A DNA stretch of 64,000 nt from a virus: positions 1-64,000 of the IMG/VR virus record IMGVR_UViG_3300003177_000020. The stretch is one strand, 5' to 3'. The position numbers and the translations under genes were made by a program. The notes under the pieces were generated by a model. That model searched no databases. It saw only the letters and a list, made by a program, of their open reading frames with translations, and was not told the DNA's origin. Below, in pieces: positions 34,100 to 44,991 of this stretch (its first letter is position 1; every line of letters begins with the position of its first letter).

Positions 34100-34553
34100 A
34101 CAACACAGAGTTGCAGCCAAGAAACAATTTCGAGTTTGGAAAAACAAGCTGAAGGCATTGATTGATCGCGAGTGCAAATACGAATTGGAAACAGATGGAA
34201 CACTCACACTCCTGATGCCTACGCAGATCACCAAAACAGTCTGGTCGATCACAATGCGTCAATTACAGAAAACAATTAAAACTGGAAACAAGAATGATCT
34301 GATTGAAGCCATGAATAAATTTGCGCGTGTGGCTTTTTCGCTTCCAGAAGAAGATACTCCAACTGCTTATGGTGCTTTTGTTCCTGTTGGTGATTTGCGT
34401 CGCGCGTTGTTTCTGCTGGAAGAGATGCAGGAGAGCGGTAAATTCGATCACTATGAAAAGATCACCACACAAGCACATGCCTCAATCCACAAAGCACTTA
34501 TTGAGATCCATTTGGAAACGGAAACACAAGGAGGGACAGATGCCGATCATTAA
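34089..34553 (+). CDS. Hypothetical protein
   Basis: Coupled ORF in operon. Confidence 0.5.
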   Translation: MITRQHRVAAKKQFRVWKNKLKALIDRECKYELETDGTLTLLMPTQITKTVWSITMRQLQKTIKTGNKNDLIEAMNKFARVAFSLPEEDTPTAYGAFVPVGDLRRALFLLEEMQESGKFDHYEKITTQAHASIHKALIEIHLETETQGGTDADH

Positions 34554-34968
34554 AATCAAATCAAGCAACATTCACAGCATCCAGTATTTCTATGATGATC
34601 ATAATCTGGAAGTGGGATTCAACAGTGGGAAGCTTTACATCTACCACCAAGTGCCAGAAGAACTGTTTGATCAATTTACAGCAGCAGAAAGCAAAGGCAC
34701 ATTTTTCAGAAAAAACATTCGTGGGAAGTTTTCGTACTTGTGTCTTGGAAACACTCTGGATATCTGGTGTGAGCGTATAGAAAGCAAAGCACGGCATGTA
34801 CCTCTGGATGATTGTCGTGCCTTGGATGAATATGACAACCAAGTGCTACAAGCAAGCGCAGCCAAGAAAGTGCATCTTCGATTTTCGGATGGCGAGGAGT
34901 TCGTCATTCCGTATGATTGCTATCTGGATCGTCTTGCGGACGTGGCATTTATTCCTGCTGAGATGTGA
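34540..34968 (+). CDS. KTSC-domain protein
   Basis: SSNIHSIQY, LEVGFNSG..Y.Y.QVP and AESKGTFF...IR. Confidence 0.85.
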   Translation: MPIIKIKSSNIHSIQYFYDDHNLEVGFNSGKLYIYHQVPEELFDQFTAAESKGTFFRKNIRGKFSYLCLGNTLDIWCERIESKARHVPLDDCRALDEYDNQVLQASAAKKVHLRFSDGEEFVIPYDCYLDRLADVAFIPAEM

Positions 34969-36729
34969 TCATGCCAAAGAAAAAACAAATACCAAACTTT
35001 GTGGCTGCCAAATGGATCAAGGAAATCAAAAAGCACCACGAGCTAAAATCTTCTGAACGTATTCAAGACTTAGTGCGCGATACTTTGTTTGAAAAATTGC
35101 CGACAGAAAAAGATCGATCAAACGGTGTATTGATTCTTGGATACAAAATTTACATTGTGTTTGTGCGAGCCATTCTTCGCATCGACTGGCAGCAAATAGA
35201 AGAATGCGAGTTCCACGATTGCCGAGTGATTGTTGATCCAGATTCACAATATCGCATCAGTCCGTTGCATGGCGATAACAGGGATGCACTCGCACACGCT
35301 CTTTACAACCTTGGTGATCGTTTATCACATGCGTTCACCAAAACTTTTGATGTGTAACACATCGCAGAAAGGGATTATTATGGCAAAAGAATTAGATGAT
35401 CGCGTGCTTGAAGTTTACAAACCACCTTTTTACTACGATCAACATTCAGGATACATTTGCGATTCCAACCACGAAGTTATTTCAGATAAATGGCGTCAAG
35501 GTGTAACGCGAGGTCGTGGATGGGGTCGTGCTTACAAAATGGAAAACTACAAGATTGTTCATGATGAAATCGGAAAGCATATTGCTGCAGCCTTGAATCA
35601 ATACTGGGAAGCCAAGAATACATCAGCACGTGATCCCGATAACGAAGATCCCAAACCTACAGGCAGAGTCAAACACCCCATGCAGCCCGTTGTTTGGTCT
35701 GAAAATAACATACTTCGTTTTCAACAAAATCGTGTTGTGGATTTGATGCTGAAGCAATTGGAAAAACGTGGGTACACACTGAATGATTTGTATCCCGATC
35801 TGCACCGTGAATATGATGATGAGCAAATTTTCGATGACATTGATCAATTCAACCAGCTGATTGGTTATTCGGTTTCAGGCATCCCATTGAATGACGAATC
35901 AATCCAAGATCGCGCTTATGAAGAAGCATACAAAAACGGACTGCTTGAAAGACCAGATACAGAACAGAAGTGATCGCCAACACGAAAGGGAAACACCATG
36001 CTCTATTACGTTGATGTTGATCCCATCGGATCTGATACACAATGGAACGACCTATCAACTGCCATTCAAGAACTTGTGAAACTGTGGCATCCAAAACTTT
36101 CTGTGTTTGTTGCGCATGAGATTATCACGCGATTCATATCTTACGACTACCGCAAAGATCCATATATCGCAGGTGTTCAAGTTGCACGATCATGGTGTTT
36201 CGGATTTGTAGAACAAGATTACAGCACGGATGATCACCACGCTTGCCAGATTATCCATGAAGGTCTAAAGGATCTCCAACCAGAAACAGATCAAAAGTTC
36301 GCAGCTCTGCACTTGTTACGCATGGTGTTTCAACCTGCACTCGAAACCAAAATCCAGAATTTGAAAGCAATCATTCGTCTGGCGCAGAACACGGGTGCAG
36401 TCACAGATAAATTGCTTCTTGGTATCTTCAACAAGGCACGATCTCTTTTCCACCAAAAATCAGTCCATATGTTTGATCTCTATTATCACGACCTGCTTCT
36501 TGCGTATTAGCACCGCAACAGAAAGGAATACAGCAGCATGAACAAGTTTGTTTTCTGGTTTATAATCTGCATCCCGTTGTTGATCGGGATTCCCACAGGG
36601 TTCTTTTTTCTGCTGAAACCACAAATAGGATTCATCAATATCAACCCGTCCATCGCCTATATTATTTTTGTGGCTTCCATCGCAGCATCTTTTCTAATCT
36701 TTTTGGGAAGCGAACTCACCAAGAAATAA
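34965..36729 (+). CDS. Four hypothetical genes (34965..35357, 35380..35973, 35998..36510, and 36538..36729, a 2-TM protein)
   Basis: Tandem ORFs with RBS-like purine tracts. Confidence 0.55.
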
Positions 36730-36837
36730 TCCCGCACACAATCCCACCTGCAAAACTCTCTTTATTTATTTTTTATATTAGTCACATTATTTTTTGTACT
36801 ATACAATTTTTAATCATTCTGCATAAAGGAATACACA

Positions 36838-37758
36838 ATGGCAAAAAGACGAAGCACCAAAAACAAACAAGAAACACAAACTCCAAAAAGCAACACTCAG
36901 GATGTCAAACCACTCTACAAAAAGAAACACAACATCGAAGACGTGCAGCCATTCAAAGACGTCACAGGCACATCCAGAAAGCTCACAAAAGAGATGGTCA
37001 TTGCCAGACGTATCCTCGTCCTGCAAGAGTTCGCCAGAGGCAAAGCACCTGAAGTTATCGCCTACGAAATCGGCACTTCAGAGGAAATTGTACAACGCGA
37101 ACTCGACATCGCTCTCGAAAAGATCGCAAACGAATACACGCACGCTTCACCTTCACAAATATTCGCCAAATACGCCACGTTCCAGTTCGGTGTCCTCAAT
37201 AAGATTCAAAAAGCTTATGAACGCTTTGCTGCCGATCCCTCCATGAAATCCGCATCCGCACAGATCTCCGCTCTCAAAACTCAATCCGATATCTATGACA
37301 AAATTATTCAAAAAGGCGTCGACTTCGGCATTATACAAAACAAACGTAAAAAGAAAGCACAAGACCTTCAATCACAAAATCCCGATCAACTCGCTGGCGT
37401 ACTTCAACAAGAAATTCAAGAAATGATTATCCTACTCAACGAAATCAACCCAAACGCTGCAAACAAAATTAAACAACAATTCAAACAAGAAAAACAAACA
37501 CAACCAAAAACACACACGAAACAAAACAACAATTCAAAACTTAAACAAATACCAAAACACAAAAAACAACAACTCGACAAATGGATGTTCAAAGGCAACG
37601 CTTCACCAGAAATTATCAAAGAACAAGAACTTCAAAAAGCTCTCGAAATTCAAGTCCAACTACACAAATCTAAAAAAGAAAACAATTCAAGCAATCAAGA
37701 CAACTCAACAGAACAAACTTCACAACAGACAAATACAAACACAGAAACAACAAAGTAA
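36838..37758 (+). CDS. Terminase small subunit-like HTH protein
   Basis: N-terminal HTH (GKAPEVIAYEIGTSEEIVQREL), helical middle, low-complexity tail; no other TerS candidate near TerL. Confidence 0.5.
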   Translation: MAKRRSTKNKQETQTPKSNTQDVKPLYKKKHNIEDVQPFKDVTGTSRKLTKEMVIARRILVLQEFARGKAPEVIAYEIGTSEEIVQRELDIALEKIANEYTHASPSQIFAKYATFQFGVLNKIQKAYERFAADPSMKSASAQISALKTQSDIYDKIIQKGVDFGIIQNKRKKKAQDLQSQNPDQLAGVLQQEIQEMIILLNEINPNAANKIKQQFKQEKQTQPKTHTKQNNNSKLKQIPKHKKQQLDKWMFKGNASPEIIKEQELQKALEIQVQLHKSKKENNSSNQDNSTEQTSQQTNTNTETTK

Positions 37759-37811
37759 AAATCAAATATAACAGTAGGACATATAAGAAAAGATCATTTC
37801 ACATTTATTAG

Positions 37812-37935
37812 AGATTCATACCAGCTTCATAGTGGTTTCATGGGGCAGTCATAGGTGGAGTCATCAGTGCTTTACCATAGTGGTATTAGGGGCATTCATA
37901 GGTGGCATCATTAGAGCTTTATGAGGGCTTCATGA
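37812..37935. repeat. Degenerate tandem repeat with 11-12 bp period (TCAT core) and a ~47 bp higher-order duplication
   Basis: TCAT at 37816, 37827, 37838, 37849, 37861, 37896, 37908 and 37930. Confidence 0.75.
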
Positions 37936-38314
37936 TTGTGGTTGGTCACAAAGCACAACCACCTGCACCTCCCTATAATTCCCGTGTCATCGGCATATAT
38001 GGGGTTGTAAGCTGCGACTATCTGCCCTTGATTCCTGTCTTCTTTTCCCACGCTGGAATCTTTCCAGACCTTTCTTGCTGCTAAAAAGTGTTCATTTTGG
38101 TGTTTGCTACGCGGTAATTGTTTTGTTGTTGTTGGCATAAAGCTGCGTTATCGTTTAGCTTTTGCTTGTTTTGGTTGTGGTGTAAAAGAAAAGTGTCACG
38201 CGGTGGATCATTCTTGATGGCAGAATGCTTGATTTTGAGTGAAATGTGTTGTTGGCAGCAAATTGGATTTTCCTTTTATGAATCAGTATCTTGCCCTTGT
38301 TTTGTGTTGTTTTT

Positions 38315-38426
38315 ATTTGTAAGAAAAAGTCTGATTGTCTAAAAAGTGAACTACCCGTGTCAATTTTGAAGTTCAAAAAATAGTGTAATGATTTTAGTTG
38401 TTTATCTTTGTAAGAATTTCCCTACA
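38315..38426. repeat. Dispersed ~112 bp element, copy 1
   Basis: Shares ATTTGTAAGAAAAAGTCTGAT, TGTAATGATTTTA and TGTARGAATTTCCCTACA with 39713-39827. Confidence 0.8.
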
Positions 38427-38737
38427 CGTGTTTATTGTGCTTTGTTGTGATCTGCTGTTGTTGAGGCTGTGCCGTGTTGAAGGTCTAAACAGGTGATTTG
38501 TTGTTATTGTAACAGAAAGGCTAGTTTTAGGCGTTTTATATGCTTGCTAGATAGATTGTATTGGTTGCGTTGAGTTTTTGCGTAATAGGGCTATTTCTGT
38601 GCTTCGATTTTAAGTGGGTTGTTTTTGTGATCTGGTATGGTGATCCTACGATGTGATCTGCTGTGTGTTGAATTTGTATGGTGTACGTGGTGTTTTCTTG
38701 TTGGTGTTGGTAGTAAAAGCGTAGAGTTATTAGTAAG

Positions 38738-38790
38738 ATGCTAACTTTTTTTATTTATTTCTTGTATCTGTCATAGGTTAGAGCTACTAT
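38738..38790 (+). promoter_or_regulatory. Early sigma70-type promoter
   Basis: UP-like block, TTGTAT-N17-TACTAT. Confidence 0.8.
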
Positions 38791-38833
38791 TTGAACATAA
38801 GGAAACGACAACAACTCAAAAGGAGTAAAGAAG

Positions 38834-38956
38834 ATGACAAACGCAGACTGGAAAGCCTACAAAGACGCAAGACGAAAAAGAATCATCAAAGAGAGCATCT
38901 GGATGGCAGCTGCGGTAGCCCTCAAGGCAGCCAGCTACTACGTGATTTTCTGCTAA
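38834..38956 (+). CDS. 40-aa early protein (below the ORF track cut-off)
   Basis: CTCAAAAGGAG RBS; MTNADWKAYKDARRKRIIKESIWMAAAVALKAASYYVIFC*. Confidence 0.6.
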   Translation: MTNADWKAYKDARRKRIIKESIWMAAAVALKAASYYVIFC

Positions 38957-39049
38957 GGAACCACGGCAGATACAGAGAACAAATATTTCTTGTAACATGA
39001 AAAGGTAGTAATACCGCTACCTTGTAACCACTCAAAAGGAGTGAAGAAG

Positions 39050-39307
39050 ATGGAAACAGTACGCATGATCACAGGTGCAGAGTTGGACGCAAAGCTGGCA
39101 AAGAACATGGAATTTGAAGCGTGGATGGACGATGTGGATGCCATGATTCAACGTCTAACAGGATTAGGATGTGATGATTTTGTTGACATCTGCTACAGAG
39201 ATCTTTTCGACGCAGGATGTCTTCCCGATGGCGCACTTGAAGAACTGGCAGCGCAAGACAGCGTTTTTGCTGAGTTTATGCGAGCAGAGGGCTACCACAT
39301 CGATTGA
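39050..39307 (+). CDS. Small acidic early protein
   Basis: CTCAAAAGGAG RBS. Confidence 0.7.
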   Translation: METVRMITGAELDAKLAKNMEFEAWMDDVDAMIQRLTGLGCDDFVDICYRDLFDAGCLPDGALEELAAQDSVFAEFMRAEGYHID

Positions 39308-39390
39308 TTGGATCGAAACAACAAACAACAACGCAGCACGCAATAAGGCAACGCTGCACAACAGCCTGATAGAAGGCAAAGGACACGGTT

Positions 39391-39615
39391 ATGAAAATGG
39401 CACACGTAGCGAGAATCATTGATAATTTTGACCAAAATGTCATTGTTGCAACACCAACCAAACGAGGCATTCGCATCGGAGATGAACATCATCGGTGTTG
39501 GTTGGACAAGAAACAGGCAACCAAAGCAGTCCGAAAACTGAAGAAATTGAAAGGACAAGTTGGCGATTCTTATGAGGATTTTTGGGCAGCCATTGATTTT
39601 GGATTGCAAAAGTGA
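39391..39615 (+). CDS. Small early protein
   Basis: AAGGA RBS. Confidence 0.6.
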   Translation: MKMAHVARIIDNFDQNVIVATPTKRGIRIGDEHHRCWLDKKQATKAVRKLKKLKGQVGDSYEDFWAAIDFGLQK

Positions 39616-39712
39616 CACGCGGTTGTTCTTTTCTACCAGCAGCCTTTCTTTTGAAATTCCTTTTATAGAATAGTATCTTACCATGCTTTTATGTGGTGTT
39701 GCTTATTTCTGC

Positions 39713-39827
39713 ATTTGTAAGAAAAAGTCTGATGGACAATTTTGGTGTGTCCCTCGTGCAGATTTTAAAATGCAAGACACAAATGTAATGATTTTACGGA
39801 CTTATCCTTTGTAGGAATTTCCCTACA
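39713..39827. repeat. Dispersed ~115 bp element, copy 2
   Basis: See copy 1; contains the palindrome TGTAGG-AATTTC-CCTACA. Confidence 0.8.
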
Positions 39828-39976
39828 AGCACTTTTATACAGGATGTGATCTTGGAAGGTGATCCGTATGATCTCCAAAAGTGATCTGTATTGGCAGATA
39901 ATTGGTGGTTCCACGGCAGTCCTGATGGGTAAGATTGTGTGTTTTTGAAAATAATTGTGTAGTGATAACGCCTACA

Positions 39977-40028
39977 TACTAACTTTTTTTATTTATTCCC
40001 TGTATTTTGCATCAAACATCTGTATACT
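39977..40028 (+). promoter_or_regulatory. Early sigma70-type promoter
   Basis: UP-like block, CTGTAT-N17-TATACT. Confidence 0.75.
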
Positions 40029-40096
40029 AAGGACATAACGAAGCAGCGCACAACGCAACGTTTCACAACAGCCCATAAGAGGCAAAGGAAAAGATC

Positions 40097-40303
40097 ATGA
40101 CAAAGAAACAAAGAGAAGAAAGCCAACTCGCAGAAACAAACTTCAACGTACAAAGACTCTGCGAAGAAGCCCAACAAAAGCTGGCAGAAATTGCAGAGGG
40201 TATCAACCGCAACCACAACCTTGAAACAGCCAGCGAAATTGAAGAAAGCCTCGCATACTTCGTAGATCAACTCAACGGATTACGCAAACAAATCAAAGCG
40301 TAA
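40097..40303 (+). CDS. Small helical early protein
   Basis: RBS, downstream of promoter. Confidence 0.65.
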   Translation: MTKKQREESQLAETNFNVQRLCEEAQQKLAEIAEGINRNHNLETASEIEESLAYFVDQLNGLRKQIKA

Positions 40304-40340
40304 GCCAAACAGCAACCCAAAAAGGGAAAGGACAACAATC

Positions 40341-40492
40341 ATGGACAGACTTGAAGAATTGGAATCAAACATCATCAACCTGACCTAGATCATTTTGATT
40401 TACCCTCGGAACACACCGCGATAGCAATGGCAACCGAACTGAAACAAGCGGTACTTATCCTCACCAAATACCGCAAGAAGCTCAAAGGCTAA
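40341..40492 (+). CDS. Small early protein broken near 40382
   Basis: AAGGA RBS; MDRLEELESNIINL continues as DLDHFDL...KKLKG* in another frame. Confidence 0.45.
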
Positions 40493-40763
40493 AAGGCTAA
40501 CACCCGCAACATCCTACCACGCAGCCCTTCCTGCACGCTTTCTTTTCAATTCCCTATAATTACCCCACAAACACAATCGCAGCCCTTGTGTCGGCTGTAT
40601 CGCGGTATCTGGTAGGTTGTACATTATGTTGCACTTGTGATCTGCAGCTGATGATCTTGGTAGGCGATCAAGCTTGTTTCCTATGGATTATGATCGGATC
40701 ACTTACAGAAAAAGATCATTCTGTCTAAATAGCAAACATAATTCTTTAGCAATAACGCCTAGA

Positions 40764-40815
40764 TGCTAACTTTTTATAAATAAAGCTTGTAAAGTGAAGT
40801 GATCCTAGCTACTAT
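40764..40815 (+). promoter_or_regulatory. Early sigma70-type promoter (GATC in spacer)
   Basis: TTGTAA(40787)-N17-TACTAT(40810). Confidence 0.8.
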
Positions 40816-40882
40816 CACAACATAACGAAGCGGGACGCAATAAAGCAAACCGCGCAACGCCTAAAAGGCAAAGGATAAGAAA

Positions 40883-41299
40883 ATGGAAAACATGACAAAA
40901 ACCGAACAGTTCAACCTTTTGGAAGGCATCACGCTCAAGACGATCAAAGGACGCGCTGAGATGCTCAAGCAGAAAGTTTTGAACGCCATCCAAGGGAACT
41001 GCGCAGCCTTTCGAATTGAGGAACTCTGCAAATCGGAAGCCTACACCGAACATCTGATGCGGTACGAGAGGCTGCGCAACCACAAAGATTTTGAAAACCG
41101 ACCATTTGACGCCTACTTGGAAGCCATGAAGCACCAAGAAAGAGTTCTTTTCTCACAGGCAGATGGCGAATTTTCAACCAGCGCAGCTTACCGCTGCAAC
41201 GCGCACTATAAAATACAAGTGGCGCGGGAACTGATGCAAGACCCTCTCTACCAAATGGCAAAAGACGCATCTGCCGAATACAAGGCAAACGAAGCGTAA
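40883..41299 (+). CDS. Early hypothetical protein
   Basis: RBS and own promoter. Confidence 0.7.
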   Translation: MENMTKTEQFNLLEGITLKTIKGRAEMLKQKVLNAIQGNCAAFRIEELCKSEAYTEHLMRYERLRNHKDFENRPFDAYLEAMKHQERVLFSQADGEFSTSAAYRCNAHYKIQVARELMQDPLYQMAKDASAEYKANEA

Positions 41300-41530
41300 C
41301 ACACGCCAAACAAAAGCCCACCCGATCAAACCTACCAGCAGCCTCCTAATTCCCCACAAAGCGCAACACAAACAAACCTCGCGCAAGTCCCTCCTTTGAT
41401 CTGCATACAAACAGGCAGGACTTGGGATAGGCGCAGCCTCCCTGCGTTGCCTTATGGTCGCGTAATTCAGATCACATTAGGATCACTTCTACAATTCGCA
41501 CTTTCAATTCTTTAGTCTTATCGCTTACTT

Positions 41531-41581
41531 GCTAACTATTTTTATTTATTCCTTGTAAGTTACACCGATCATCTCTACTAT
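41531..41581 (+). promoter_or_regulatory. Early sigma70-type promoter (GATC in spacer)
   Basis: TTGTAA(41553)-N17-TACTAT(41576). Confidence 0.8.
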
Positions 41582-41644
41582 AAGAATCAAGAAACGGGTA
41601 ACGCAATAAAGCACAGCCCAACAACAACTCTAAAGGAGTTCAAA

Positions 41645-41926
41645 ATGATTACATCAAACAAAGCCTACCACGAAGCAGCAAACAACAACGCAGCATTTGA
41701 AGCACTCGCAACACAACACGGACATGAAGCGGTAGCAGATGCGCTGGCAACCTACCACCAAGAACACGCAACATTCAATGATAACGGTGAGTTGGAAGTG
41801 CCTAACGAAGACTTCCCAACAGCAGATGACGGCTACACAGTTGACCAATGGGTTGCAGACGTACTCAACGGAAATGGCGACGATGGCGAAGATTTGATAC
41901 CAACAGAAGAAGACTTCATCATCTAA
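41645..41926 (+). CDS. Very acidic early protein
   Basis: AAGGAG RBS; 21 D/E versus 1 K and 0 R in 93 aa. Confidence 0.75.
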   Translation: MITSNKAYHEAANNNAAFEALATQHGHEAVADALATYHQEHATFNDNGELEVPNEDFPTADDGYTVDQWVADVLNGNGDDGEDLIPTEEDFII

Positions 41927-41957
41927 GAAAAACCAAAAGAAAACGCAAGCTTAGAAT

Positions 41958-41988
41958 GCTCTAGCAGAACATCGCTAGGGCTTTTTTT
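41958..41988 (+). terminator. Rho-independent terminator
   Basis: GCTCTAGC-loop-GCTAGGGC followed by T7. Confidence 0.7.
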
Positions 41989-42257
41989 GTAACCACACCA
42001 TGCCATCCTACAACCACCTACCAGAACATAGCAAGCGATACAGGCTACACAGCGCGATTACAACAGGCAACATAACCCAACGTACCAATAGCAGCCTAAA
42101 ACGCCACAAACGCAACATATAGCCTTCCTCGTACAAGTTAGAGGCTACCATGCACACCTTCATTCATAGGGGGGGGGATTAGGAGGGGTTACAAAACACA
42201 ACGGATGCGATCAATTTTGAAATAAGTTCACTTGCAGTAATGGCACTTGCAGTAAGT

Positions 42258-44629
42258 TCACTTTCCGAACACATATTTCTGGAAAGTTTCTTCATTGATG
42301 ATTCCAGAGTTGCGAAGTCTATCGATGACTCCGAACCATTTTTTATCAGCCAGCCATTCAAGTCCTTCATTTTCAAACAGAGCGATATCGTCTGGTGTTG
42401 CTTGTGGCAGACTTGAGTGGACTACTTTTTTGTGGATGAGACCACCTAGTTCATTGACTTGGTAACCTCCGAGTATAACTAGCGGTTCTTTTGTGTCTTT
42501 TGCGATCATTGGTTTATTTGGATTTCGTTTTTTCATTGTGCTGCTCACCTTGTTTCAATTTTTGAATGATCTCGCCATATTTTTTGAGTCGTGTTGCGTT
42601 GTCCACGTTCCAGACTTTGTTTTGTTCTGCGTGGTTCAATTTTGATTGAATTTCTGGGAGCAATTCTTCGTCGAATATGAACCCTGCTGGATCTTCTGTT
42701 TGATAGATATGGAGACCACTTGCGACGCCATCACCCAGATTGTATGCCAGAGCGAGTCCTTTTGGGTGCATCACACGACGGTTGATTTCGCCTAGCAACC
42801 CTGTATCTGCGAGAAACTGTGGTGTGTTTTCAACAGATGCTTTTATTTTTGCTTTGAAGGACATACTTTTTGCTTTTTGTTGAATTTTGTTTGTGATCTG
42901 TTCTGCGATGTATGCTGCCATTGGGATTGTGGGATCGACTTTGATCTTGGCATTTGCGATCACATATGCGAACATTCCCGCGTGCTGCAGCATCCTATGT
43001 TCGATTTGATCCAGAATGCCCACAACTATTTTTGAGTTTTTTGCAGTTCTCAATAGTGTGAGATTCGCAGTCATAATTTCGAGATAGCGATCATCTTTTG
43101 ATTCGAGTCCTTCTTTGAATATTCTGAATGTTACGCGATCATTTTGAATATCTTTTTGGACGAGCAGCACAGGTGCATTTCCAATGTACGCGAGGTGTCC
43201 TTTTTGTAGTTCCAAGCGTATAGCTTCCACCTGCTCATTTGACGCAGTCCAATCAACTTCATGTGCTGGTGGACGTGGTTCTTCTTCCATTGAATTGAAT
43301 TGTGGTTGATCCAAGCGATTGTTTCCCATTGTATGTATTTCCTTTTGATACAGGTTGTGTATGTTCTGGCTATCTGATGCCATTGTAGATGTATGGTGAT
43401 TTTTCTTTGACGGCATCAAATATTTTGCGACGGACAGCCTCTGTTTCAGGATCTTCATCCTCACACATGGGATTTTGCATCATGGCTGCAAGTATTTGTC
43501 TTTCTTCTGAATTGAGGGTTATTTTCAGTGTAATTTCCGTTTCAATATTCATTGCATTGTTCCTTTCGTGTTGTGTGCTAGGCACTTGCTAGTTTGATGA
43601 TTTGTTTGAGGGTGTCGTGTGTAAATCTTTGAACTACATGTGATTGATTCCAGATTGTAGTGGTGTATGTGTTTGTGATCTTTTCGTGTAACTGGAACCG
43701 ATAAAGTTGCTTGTACACATCATCCGCAACTGATTTAACAAGTCTGTCTCGCTCTAAAGCATTGATGGTCAGTATTTCCAAAATGCCGACAGCATACATT
43801 TTCAACCGTCCTTGCAGTGATTGCATCCCAAAATATACCTTGGATTGTAATACTTCCGCATACAATTGATGTTGTGTAATTTCAGTTTCAATGTTTGTTG
43901 TTGGAAGTCCAGCACGTTTCCAGATTTGATCTTCTGGTATATCTGTATTTTGACAGATAATGTATTCCGTTGTTCGTACTTTTGCAGCTGCGATCCGTTC
44001 CAGTTGAACTTTTATGCCGATGTTGTCACGGCTGTTGTTTTGTTTTTGGGACGCAACTAACTGCTCCAATTTTATGTACGTGTCGAATATTTCATTTTCC
44101 AGATCGGATAACATATAGGTTCCCTTTCTTATTGACGGTCGCATACAAATCTAGTGTTGGCATGAGTATTTGCATTGATACCGTGCTGGGTGTTCATGTT
44201 CAAGGTTGATACGGATCATGTGTTTTTTGTGTTTGTATTTTGCACAGATCACACATTGCTTGTACCGTTTACCTCGTGATCCCCTTTTTGATCTTTGTTG
44301 TGATGTGTTCAATTTACCCTCTAAAGGTGGCTGCTTGGTGGGAAGCATGGTGGAAAATCAGCATGGCGATCCTCTGGCTCTGCTTTCTTCACTTCAAAAA
44401 TATATTCTGCCATTTGATCCCAAACGCTATCCACCTCGGCATCTTCACCCCACTGCGCACGGTAGTCATCGATCATCTTGATAATTGAGGTGCGTACAAA
44501 ATCCTTTACAGATTCAATGCTTCCAGTGTAGCAGCCACAAAAAATATCGCTTGTGTTGCCGTTTATCGTGGAGACTTTGATCACATATTTTTCATTGTCG
44601 AATCGTCGTTTCATTACACAAACTCCCAA
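42258..44629 (-). CDS. Operon of hypothetical genes (42258..42548, 42514..43329, 43370..43585, 43578..44144, 44151..44348, 44321..44629)
   Basis: Tightly packed minus-strand ORFs with RBSs; starts approximate. Confidence 0.55.
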
Positions 44630-44991
44630 GAGCAGATTACCAAAGGAAGAAGCCCATTGTGACCGTCAATTGCTGTATGTTTGATATCCTGCACGCAGCA
44701 TCGGATGTGTTTTCCTTTTGTGTGCCATGTTCTCGGTCGTTTGAATTTTTTGCACAGGGAGTTCTTTGTTCGCCACCAACCGTTACCAGTGGAAACTCCT
44801 ATTTGTACGACTGCTTGCGGTGCAGACAAAAATGATCCTTCCGCAGTTGAACACGGTACAATTTGATCTTGGGAAAAATAAACTCCCAAACCTTCCGCAT
44901 TTTGCTGCCCACAATGGAGAGTGAATGTCTCTCCAACTTTTGCTTGTGCTGCCTCTTTCCAGTTTGTAATATGAAAAAGCTTGTGTTCCAT
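44614..44991 (-). CDS. Small protein with ADP-ribosyltransferase-like motifs
   Basis: LFHIT...GLGVYFS; AAGGAG RBS; first gene after its promoter. Confidence 0.35.
   Translation of the reverse strand: MEHKLFHITNWKEAAQAKVGETFTLHCGQQNAEGLGVYFSQDQIVPCSTAEGSFLSAPQAVVQIGVSTGNGWWRTKNSLCKKFKRPRTWHTKGKHIRCCVQDIKHTAIDGHNGLLPLVICSWEFV

Noticed and set aside
38130-38270. sigma54 promoter-like TGGCA motifs
   Set aside because: None has a correct GG-N10-GC spacing.
41990-42025. 5-nt periodic GGY-NN pattern on the minus strand
   Set aside because: Only about three consecutive units, which is compatible with chance in A/C-rich DNA.
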